Made by a program: the position numbers and the translations under genes
Part shown: one piece after another, positions 53,800 to 64,000 of the stretch
How positions within the stretch are numbered: the first letter of the stretch is position 1
Layout: each line of letters opens with the position of its first letter
Notes under the pieces: generated by a model
Database searches by the model: none
What the model saw: the letters and a program-made list of their open reading frames with translations, nothing else
What the model was told of the DNA's origin: nothing
Origin: Camelus dromedarius
Taxonomy: Eukaryota
NCBI RefSeq assembly: GCF_036321535.1
Contig: NC_087437.1
Coordinates: 84,818,001-84,882,000, forward strand
Reading direction: 5' to 3'
Length of the DNA: 64,000 nucleotides

Positions 53800-54420
53800 T
53801 ATATCATTCAGTGCTTGTTGGTAATAAACATACTGCTCCAATAAATATTCATTAAGTGCTTATAATGGGCATTGTGCTGCTGCTATGTAGGTGACACAGT
53901 CAGAAAATAAACTGTTTATGCCAGTATGGAGGTTATATTCTGGTAAGAAAAATGACTTTCACAAAACTTATTTAGTATAAAGTAGGCAGTACAAGATGCA
54001 GGTGGGTTGGATGCTCAAAGTTATGAGAATATCATCAGCTGAGGGATCAGAAAATCTTTGCAGAATAAGTAGCTTTTCTAGTGGCCTTTGAAGAATAACT
54101 AAGATTGGAAGTGCAGAGAAAAAGCGGACATTGGAACAGTTCAGTGCACACAAAATAAATGTCATGAAAAAGACAGAAAGGCAAGAAAGCGTGGAGTATA
54201 TTCTGGAGGAATGAACTATTCAGTTTGATGGTACGTGAAGATCTGATTGATATAAAATCATTTTTAAAACTCACATAAAATTAAGAAGCTTAGATTTTAT
54301 TCTCTATTCCATAATACCATATTGAATGCATTTACCTATAAGTCGTATCTTGTGATACATATTTAAAGAATATGAATATTATTACAATGTATGGTAGGAA
54401 TTCAGCATGGAAGACCACCA
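53800..54420 (-). mobile_element. L2 3' fragment
   Basis: aataaatattcattaagtgcttataatgggcattgtgct, atggaggttatattctggt, ggcctttgaagaataa. Confidence 0.6.
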
Positions 54421-55644
54421 GCTTATCTTCAGTAAATTGTGTAAGGTAGATGACATTCTGTATAGATAGCAACGAGCAGTATGTGCATAGACCAATCTGA
54501 ATGATGCCAGCCAGTATGTCATACCAGTTCCTAGTGGCTGATTCTCAACCTCACATTAAATTGTAATTGGTTCAAGATGATTAATTGTATCTCATCCAAG
54601 TCATGTAAATAAATACAAAGTTAAAGGTTAGAGCTTAATTTTTCAATACAAATAAATAAATATTTCTTTATAATTATACTATTTAAATGCTTTTTTTAAT
54701 GATCATGGTAAAAAAAATAATAGATATATATTAGATTTTTGCCTCCTACTTGAAACATTCTGTTTCCTTATTGGAACTACTTTCTTTCTTATCAAATCAT
54801 GGAAGTTTATTTTTCTTTTTTAAAAGCAATCATTGATTGAATTTATATAGTTACATCATTTTGTGAAATAACAGCATTTCTAGCTGACAATAAAAAAGCA
54901 AATTAGTTTGTCTAATGTATCTGATTCTAACTTCAGCAGTAATTTTCTAACATCTGCAGCAATACATATTCATTAAATTTCTCTAATATTATAAAGCAAA
55001 ATATTATCAACACTCTAAAGGGCTGGAAAGAAACAGAAGTTACAAGATAATTACTACACTATATTTGGCTTTATAAAAATTTTTAGAGATGTATTTTGTA
55101 TTTGTACTTTCATAAAAATTTAAAAGAAACACTAATAAGTAGCTCTTATCTACTTATTTTTTGGAAGAAAATAACTGTTGAAACTTAAGGTGTCATTTGA
55201 CCCTGTTAATGCATAATTGAGGGCAAGTTGCTCTAAATTTCACAGCAATCAGGATTGTGCCCTGGAATGAATGATAAATTCCAGTTAATTTGCGCATATG
55301 TATCTTTCAAGAGACAGAGAAGAATTCCCCAGCAAGGAAAAGTATTTTTTATATAAGATTTATGTTTTTCCCTCTATAGGACTCTTGTAGATGAAGATGT
55401 GTGTCATGAGATTTTACCTTCAAGGTGAGACTTGTTGCTCTAGCAATAAGCTCCTTCACTATTTCCTTAAATGTAGAAAGCCACCTTACATAAGGCCAGG
55501 TCTTCCTCAGAATGGCCCAAAGTAAATAATAATCAAAACAGAGTCTAAGATCTCTAGCTTCCGAAATAGCTATTTTATACATGAATGTTTACTCCAGAGC
55601 TCCCTGTGGTTTTGGCCAATGAATGCTTCATAGGCACCTATCAT

Positions 55645-56148
55645 TGCTGCGTCCAGCGCAGCTTGGGACCATGTCTGAGGACGGGCGACGCAAATCTTAA
55701 GAAACAAAGAGACAAAGTAAAGAGCAAAGATGGGACCAGGGGACTCAAGATCTTGTGGATCGAGATTCCTGAAAGCCTGGCCGACATCATATTCATTAGG
55801 AGTATAAAGCTCAGAAAAAGAGTGCGATCAAAGAGGTGGGGCTTTAGCTATTACATGCGATAAGCACTAAGTTCTGCTTGCTGTTTAACTCATTAATTTC
55901 AGGCCTATCTCTTCCAGGAACAATCACCCTCCTCAGGGTATGCAAAATTTCTAGATCTATCCTGTTATTGCCTCTGGGACATCTTAAGATAGCAAATATT
56001 TCCCCTGGGCTTAACCACATGATTTCATGCCAGAACAAAGTTCCGTTGATGGATGAGCTGGCTTTCCAGGACTGTCCATTGTTTCATCCTAAGGAAATAT
56101 CTGCCCTCCTTTGTGCCCTGATGGTCAATCTCAGGATTGCTCACCACA
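55645..56148 (-). mobile_element. Solo LTR, ERV-K/betaretrovirus-like, 504 bp
   Basis: TG...CA termini (minus strand tgtggtgagc...gctggacgcagca); U5-like pyrimidine tract cccctggtcccatctttgctctttactttgtctc; retains CpGs; TSD not matched. Confidence 0.7.
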
Positions 56149-56844
56149 AATTTTCTTTAGCATAGTCTGTGCAATAGGTCATCTACTGCATAAAACATTA
56201 AAAAAAAAAAAAGTAAGCATGTGCATTTTAAGCAAGTGTGAATATAGTATTTTAAGCTCATGGAAATTTACATGTGACTTGTTTTCCAGCTGTTCGTTTT
56301 CCAGCGGCTTCTTTCCCAGCATATCATGATTTAAGTCTCCCTAATTCGACTATATCTCTATCCCTTTCTCATTTGTCAATCCCTAAAAATAGACTGCATT
56401 CAAAATGCCAACTCAGTGTCTCCTCTAAAAACTTAAACTGCAACACGGGCATATTCAGCACGCAGAGAACCAGATGAAACATTGTCAATGCTGCTGTTTT
56501 GTCTCACACATTCAAAAAGGGGGTTCAAGCCACACACTATGCCACGTACTTGTTTATAAAAGAAAAGAAAACGTTAAAAAAGAAAAAGTATCCAGAAAGT
56601 ACTTAATGCATGAGGATACAGACACAAGCTGTTCCAGTGATGAAAGTTGGTAACTTCTCTCTTCTGTCTTTCCCTTCGAGCAGCTTTCCAAGGTCCTTTG
56701 GTGCCACTGAAATGTACTACAAGCAGATCCATTAGTGAGCAGCTCTGATGAGGTACCTCTTATTGGGTCAGATAAATCAGCTTGTGTCTGTGCAGAGACA
56801 ATTACCAGTTAACAGTTTAAATGTGCTCAGTTTACTGAAAACTT

Positions 56845-57050
56845 ACTTACATGATATATATTGACCACCATTTGCCAGGTTTGTCTAGCAACCAAGCACT
56901 AGAAATTCTATGGGAAAGATGTGTAAGATACACCCTTGCACTGAAGGAACTCACAGTCCATAGCAGAGGACAAGTTGGTAAGCAAGCACGGTAACTGTTG
57001 TAAGAGAAATAGTTACAAGGTACAGTGGAGACACACAAAGAAAGAAGCAG
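56845..57050 (-). mobile_element. L2 3' fragment
   Basis: tatattgaccaccatttgccagg, cccttgcactgaaggaactcacagtc. Confidence 0.6.
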
Positions 57051-57657
57051 TTTATTGTTACCTTTACTGTTTATTGATCTGTGCCAGCTCTATTCTTACT
57101 CCTTCAACTGTGCTGCTTCTAATTTGCTGTGGTTTGGGAAAACACATCAACACTTTTATTATAATCATGTATAAAGTTAACAGCTATGAAAGATATTCTG
57201 TGAAGGCTCACTGCAGAAAAAAATGATTTTTATAGGTTGTAATTAGTGACATACACATTTTGAATATGTGAAGAAATTTAAAAAGAGAACTTTCTGGTTT
57301 TCATCTCCATTAGAGTTACAAGATTTGTTGGAAACCTGATTTTCATATATAAGTTGTTTTTCTGCAACTGCATCTTTCACCTGGTTGTGAGGGTGAAAAA
57401 CCCAGGTTGTCTATTATATTAATCATTAAGCCTAATGGTTTGAGAAAACAAAGAGCTGGAGAATGTGACGGGGTCCCTTCTTCAAACTCTCTGCTGTCCT
57501 ATGTAAAGAGGGATTTTCTCTAAACATTCTTGAGATTTTGCCTGATCCCCTTGTCCTTCCCAAAAGGGTGAAATAAATTACCCAGATGGTCAATGTGAGT
57601 AAAGAACTGTGCCTCTTCGTTCTTTTTTCTTGAGATATGGCTGTGTTCAGAAAGATT

Positions 57658-58085
57658 TTATTCTTTCAACAAGTATGTATTTAATACTTATAATGTGCAA
57701 AATACTGTCCTTGTTACTGAGAATACTGCAGTGATTAAATTTGACAAAAATTCTACTCCTCATAGAATTTAAACTATAGTACAGTTAGAAAGACAGTAAC
57801 AAAATAAATAAGTAAAATATTTAGTATGTGAAATGGTGATGAGTGCAATGGAGGAAAATAAATCAGGAAAGGGGACTCAATTCACAGGCAGGGGAAGGGT
57901 TGGTAGGTATTTTAAAAGGTACGTTCTTACTGATGAAGTGGTATTTGAGCCAAAAGTTTAAGAGGAGGGGAAAGTCATAGGTATAGTTATGGGGAGACTA
58001 TTCCAAGTGAAGAAAGAAAAGGTGCAAAGGCTTTGGAGTGGAATCCCGCCCAGAGAATTCAAGGAGGAGCAAGGAGTGCTCTGAA
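57658..58085 (-). mobile_element. L2 3' fragment
   Basis: ttcaacaagtatgtatttaatactta.., gtgaaatggtgatgagtgcaatggaggaaaataa, ttccaagtga..ggtgcaaaggc. Confidence 0.75.
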
Positions 58086-58281
58086 GTAGTCTACTATGTT
58101 TCTCCATACTATTGAATTTTAAGAAGCTGGCTTATACACATTGAGCAGGAAGGGAAGGAACAGCTGTAGTGGCCCATGTTTGTCATTAGAACAATCAAAG
58201 ATTTGGTAAATTCTGTAATTTAGAATTAGGAATATATATGTTACTTTCTATTTAAGACACATTTCAGTATCTACTATAATC

Positions 58282-59582
58282 TTTTTATTGAGGTATAATT
58301 GACATACTATATTAGTTTTGGTTACAATATAACAATTCAATATTTGTGTGTGTTATGCAATGATCATCACAGGAAGTCTAGTTAAATATCTATCACAAAA
58401 AGATTTTCTTTTTTGTGATGAGAACTTTTAAGATTTACTCTCTTAGCAACTTTCAAATATATTATATAATAGTATTAACTATAGTCATCAAGCTGTACCT
58501 TACATTCTCATGACTTATTTATTCTTACAACTGAAAGTCTATACCTTATGACCTCATTTACCCATTTTGTCCACCCTCCATCCCCCACCTCTGGCAATCA
58601 TCAATCTGTTCTCTGTACCTATGAGCTTATGTAACTTAGTATAATGCCTTCAAGGCCCAAAAGTGTTGTTGCATATGGCAAGATTTTATTCTTTTTTTAT
58701 GGCTGGGATTTTGCCTGACTCCTTTATCTTTCCCAAAGAGATGGAATGAATTACCCAATGGTCAATGTGAGTAAAGAACCATGCAATTTCTTTCCATCCT
58801 TCCTTCTTTTTCTTGAGACATGGCTGCCCTCAGAAAGCTATCATTTATTCAATAAGTATTTATTTAATACTTACTATATATATCACATCTTCTTTATCCA
58901 TTTATCTGTCAATGATTGATGGTCAAGTAGGTTTTTTCATATCTTGGCTATTGTAAATAATACTGTAATAAACATGGGGGCGTGTATATCTTTCTGAGCT
59001 AGTGTTTGGATAAATACCCAGAAGCAGAATTTCTGGATCATATGGTAATTCTATTTTTAATTTTTGAGATACTTCCATACTGTTTTCCATAGTGGCTGCA
59101 CCAATTTACATTCCCACAGACAGTGTACAAGGGTCCCCTTTTCTCCTCATCTCTTGAACACCTGATAGTTCTAGTACTTTTGAAAATAGCCATTCTAACA
59201 GGTGAAAGGGATATCTCATTGTATTTTTGATTCGCATTTCTCTGAAGATTAGAGATACTGGGCATCTTTTAAAATACATGTTGGCCATCTGTATGTCATC
59301 TTTGGAAAAATGTCTATTCAAATCTACCATTTTAAATCTAATTATTAGGATTTTTTTTTAACTGTTGAGCTGTATGAGTTTTTTAAAATATATATTTTGG
59401 AAATTAACCCCTTATCCAGTATATGGTTGGCAAATATTTTCTTTTGGTAGGTTAAATGTAATTTTGTTGATGGCTCCTCTGCTGTGTAGAATGTATTTAG
59501 TTTCATGTAGTCCCACTTGTTTATTTTTTGTTGCTGGGACCTTCGCTCTTGGTGTCATATCCAAAAACTCATCACCAAGTGT
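58282..59582 (-). mobile_element. L1MA-type 3' fragment containing a templated local insertion
   Basis: tttattgaggtataattgacata, gatgagaacttttaagatttactctcttagcaactttcaa, ccatactgttttccatagtggctgcaccaatttacattccc. Confidence 0.92.
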
Positions 59583-61349
59583 TAGGGTAACATTTTGATT
59601 TTCCATCTGCCATTGTGTGTATTCTGCAATGAGATTTGAATGCAGGCAGGAAAAGGGGTTTTAGTTTATTAATTCACATAAATCCTAACAATTTTTAATA
59701 ATTAGTATTTTAGGAAAGTAAATGTAATGTAATAAGATAGATCTTAGAGCTACCTAATATCTAGGAGTGAACTGTTAGAACTAAGTTTTGTATGCAATAT
59801 TTGTGTTTATATTTTTATTAATACAAAAACATTGAAGATTTAAGCAATTTTTATTTCATAATTCTGTTTTCATCATTTTATTTCTCCCTTTCTCCTCTTT
59901 TCCTTTTTTTTTTCTTTGTCTGATTCTCTCATCTTTCTCTCCTTTGGTTAGTATCCCTATCCATAGTTTTATGAAAGTAAATATGATAAATCTCTGATAG
60001 TCAGCTCATTTGTAATTTCAATTAAAATAATGTTGTGAGGGGATTTTGTTTTTAAGTATTTAAAGATCCTGGATGATTATTCAGTATTTTAAGCACAATT
60101 CAGGGCAAAATGGCTGAATTGTTTTAAAACAACTATTTAATTAAAGAATGAGTAAGTTATAATCATCTATTCTTCTGGGCAAAAGGACAAATGTTATAGT
60201 TAAACGTGAATCTCCCAACCTTATATGGAAGCCACTAGGTATGGCTTACTCAGTTACTTCTCTGTGTAAATATCTTGATAAATAAGAATATTGACATAAG
60301 CATTTTATTTTTCCTTCTCTTTCTGACAGATTCTAATAGTCCTGCAAAAGCTACTAAAAGTTTGAGAAAAAAGATACTGAATGGCAAATACATATGATTA
60401 TATTTTTGATCATTCTATGTGTGTGTGTTTAGTTAAATGTATTGGTCTTAAAAACTGAGACTTTTTAATATTTATCTAAGTATAAATTTACTTGAAAATT
60501 TATTGTTTCTGCTCAGTTAAAACTCCTGCTTATCCTTTTTTTTTTTTTTTTCACTAATTGGTTTTCCCCCTACTAGGGTAAAGGAAGCATTAAAAAAAAG
60601 TGGATGGTAGAATACTTAACTTTAAAGATTTATACAATTCAGTTCTATAGATCAAAAACAAATAATAAACAAGCAAATGAATGAGTAAGCAAGCAAGCAA
60701 GGCACCTGTTGTGATGCCCCTCACATTTCCAGGTTATCAGCTTATCTCTATTATGGGTGTCCCATATTCTTTCATCTTTTAACTACATTGTTTTGAAGTA
60801 ATTCTACCAGACCTAATCTTACCTGAGCTGCTAGATGTCAGAGTCACATTGGGCAATGGAGAAAACATAGGTCTTGTTCTGATTAAAGGTCAAGAAAGAT
60901 GAGCCTACATTAGTTTCTGTTCTCAAAAAGCACTCACGGTGAATCCTTGCTCTCAGGCTCATCACAGGGCAACTTCAGGAGTATCTGTAATGCCCTAGAA
61001 TTAAGATTCTGATTTCTACTTGGTTAAAATAAGGCCATTTCAAACAGATTATAGATATTCCTGATTTGTTAAAATTGACCTTAATTCCACACTAGTCTAC
61101 CCTGTTTAAAATTGTTGTATGTTCACCTAGCCGTGTGTCAAACCACTATATCCTTCAACAGTCTTAGACAGAATGTCTTCTCCAAGGTAAGCTAACATTA
61201 AAATGTTACTTGATTTAATACTCCCATTAACTGAATGCCTTTAGTCTTGCACTCTCTGTGAATTAAAATTGGCAAATTTAGGTCTGAATGAAACTCACTC
61301 TGCTTTCTTTGCATATTTTTATCACAGACTATTCACAGCTGCTCATCAT

Positions 61350-62130
61350 CTTCTTTTCCCATCTCTAACATTCTAATGCCCTAAGGAAGACTCTATGCCT
61401 CTATCTTTGATTGTCTCTATATTGTCTTTGCTACTCAAAAAATTATCTGCCAACACTTCCATTGTCCTTGTTACACAAAGACCTTTCCTTCAATGAGGCC
61501 ATTTTCTAACTCCTGTTCCATTATACTCTCTGGCACCACCACACCAGACTCCTATATTCTCAACTCCTTTGCTAACTAGAATCTCCACCTTTTTTAATTT
61601 ACTCAATGCCTATATTCCCATCCTCCCTTGAGTTACTTCATGGTCTTCTCATCCTTCTCAGGGAAGACTCTTTTATTCTCAGAGTTTTGAAAACAACCTA
61701 TGTGCTGATGCTAAGCCCAAAAATTACTCTTGATTTCCAGGACCATATATCCAAGCACCATATTCAACACTCAGATAACTGCTGCCTTCAAAAATTAGTT
61801 GTACCTTACCATAATCAGACTGGGTTAGATGTCAATCATTCATCCATTCATTTGTTTATTCAGCAAAGATGTATTAAGTACTTACTTTCAGCTACGTCCT
61901 GTCATAGGAGACAGATAAATATGACTGCAGTATAGGTTTTTTGTACTGTGAAGAATTATTTCTGTGTAAGGAATTAATTGCAATATAGTGTTATAGACCT
62001 CATGAAAGATGCGTATAAAGATAACAGTAAGTTCATAAAGAGTGGAGCATTTAGGTATACCTGGAAAGATCAAGAGTTTTATGGAGAAGTAAGGACCTTG
62101 AACTGTATCCTAAAACATGCTTAACAGTAG
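61350..62130. mobile_element. L2 relics (pyrimidine-rich body on plus, 3' tail on minus from ~61835)
   Basis: ctatgtgctgatg..cccaaa, ttccaggaccatatatccaa; tcattcatccattcatt tail. Confidence 0.5.
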
Positions 62131-63239
62131 TAGCAAGATGGATAGACAGGGGAAAACGGGAAACCACAGAAGTGTTTAGGGTGCTGCTGGTATATCATGA
62201 GAGTGTTTCCATCTAGTTCTATTTGGGATACATTTTATTTTTTCACTGACATTTCTGTCCTCATGACAGAAACTGCACCTTTATTTTTTAATCCCTGTGT
62301 GTGTCACAAAACCTGACACTTATTAGAAACCCAGTAAATGTTTATAACAAACTAGTGACTTCGGTTAGTTTATGCAAGCTTTTAATAGAAGAGATGGCGT
62401 CAAAATCTGTTTCATTGCCTCAGTTGACTTTTAAAAATATGTTGTATTCTTTACATATACAAGGAAGCTGATAAAAAAAAATGACATATGTGTAACCGAT
62501 TTTCTATTTGGCTTTTAATTGGAGGCTTAAACATTTGTACCAGTAGGTGAGTGCCAAAGATTTTACATTTGTGAATTTTAATATTCTTTGCTCTACCTCA
62601 AAATTAAATATTTGTGAAGTGACTGCATCACAAGAAAGATGGAATTTACACTCAAAGGAGAATTTTCATCATTCATTGACCAGAGACCCTTACTCCTTAA
62701 TGAAAGTCTGTAATGTAAAACATTGCATTGCATGTGATATTTTCTGATCACATTTTTAGGTACATTTATAAACATTTAGGAATAGAATGCTCTTCAGCTT
62801 TTTGAATCAGTTTCTTTATTCCACGCCTGCTTTCATAAGTGCTTTTCATTTATTCTCTGTCATGTACCTTTGGCTTGTGGTGATATTTATAACGAGTCAA
62901 TCAGCAAAGGTGACTGACTGAATTGATTTATGCCAGATAGACCTATCCCCTTCACATATAAATGGCATGAACTCCATAAATCTAAGTTCTAAAGGTGCTA
63001 GCCACCTTTAATGAAAGCAGAGACGTTCACCCAAGAACAGTGAGCAATGCCTTTCCCCTCTGTTCTTTATGCTGTAAAGAGCAGGAGGAGTTCTAAGTTG
63101 GAGCTGACACAACTTTCCAGTATTTCCTGATTGCCACTTGTTTGATATGGCTTTTACATTTTAAGCTTTTGAATTTATAAATATTCTCGGAATTATTAAT
63201 TTCAGATACCCTCAGACATTAATCAGTCAGCAGGTATAA

Positions 63240-63510
63240 ATAATAAGACTCATATTTACTGAGTAATCACTTTACACCAGGCATTGAGGTGAGACATTTG
63301 CGATTTCATTTACTTTTCACAAAAATCTTCTATGCTAAGTATTAAGATGGTCAATATCATTTAGCTTTTGAAGAAACCAAAGCATTAGAGAAGTCAAGTA
63401 GGTTGTTCGCAGTCATGCCATAGTTAAGGACTGGAGCAAGAATTTAAACCTTTATAGTTGATCTCAGAGCCCAAGTGTTTAAACCCTATGCTACATGTCC
63501 TATCATCTAC
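63240..63510 (-). mobile_element. MIR
   Basis: catatttactgagt..ccaggcattg, gaagaaaccaaagcattagagaagtcaagt, gttaaggactggagcaagaatttaaacc. Confidence 0.75.
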
Positions 63511-63754
63511 TGCAATCAGAACTACTACTACAGTGTATATAAATAAATATAGGTTTATAAGGGTCTTATACTCTAAATTGAAAAAGGTACAAATGTAATT
63601 AAATATAAACCTATGTAAGGGAATATATACATATATGTGTATTTGAAAGTTCAAATAATCATTCGAATAAAAAAGTCTAGGCATTAGTAGCAGAGAAAGA
63701 ATTAGAAAAATATTGAAATACTCTAGGAAGAGAGGAAGAGGAGGTGCTGTAGTT

Positions 63755-63885
63755 ACTGTAATATACTATACCATACTACACGATACTATACTATAATACA
63801 CTACACTGTACTATACTGTAATATACCATACTGTAATATACTACATGATACTATACTATAATATACTATGCTATAATGCAATATG
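63755..63885. repeat. Degenerate (TATAC/TACTA)n pentamer tandem repeat
   Basis: atactataccatactacacgatactatactataatacactacactgtactatactg... Confidence 0.85.
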
Positions 63886-64000
63886 ATAAGAATGAAGTTA
63901 TGTGGAAGTTAGTTGGAAATGTGAGTCTCGCTAAGATACTCTTCCTTATGATAAATAAGTACTATTTATTATGTTTAATATTGTTTTCTAAGAAATGTAA

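Noticed and set aside
55585..56165. Cluster of 64-95 aa ORFs
   Set aside because: They lie largely within the solo LTR, where higher GC lowers stop density.

Overview
AT-rich, CpG-depleted mammalian genomic DNA, most likely camelid, judged from a Vic-1-like tRNA-derived SINE and the 3' end of the youngest L1. It looks like gene desert or deep intron. I found no host protein-coding exon, RNA gene or CpG island that I can support. The longest ORFs with recognisable protein motifs derive from LINE-1 ORF2 or ERV-L pol. The window is a layered record of retrotransposition: old L2, MIR, MLT, MER58 and L1M relics; several lineage-level L1s, three of them 5'-inverted (twin-primed); two solo LTRs; and one SINE. 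The main points of interest are five. (i) A young 3.55-kb twin-primed L1 with a perfect 17-bp TSD and about 590 uninterrupted ORF2 codons. (ii) A 230-bp GC-rich poly(A)-tailed insert that is not a recognisable repeat and appears to contain an intron-exon junction. (iii) A ~170-bp local sequence copied into an L1 1.2 kb away. (iv) A complex templated tandem duplication. (v) Several motif-dense unique blocks that may be enhancers. I see no convincing novel multi-gene system. Repeat family names are recalled from consensus sequences, not from a database search, and boundaries of old repeats are approximate.
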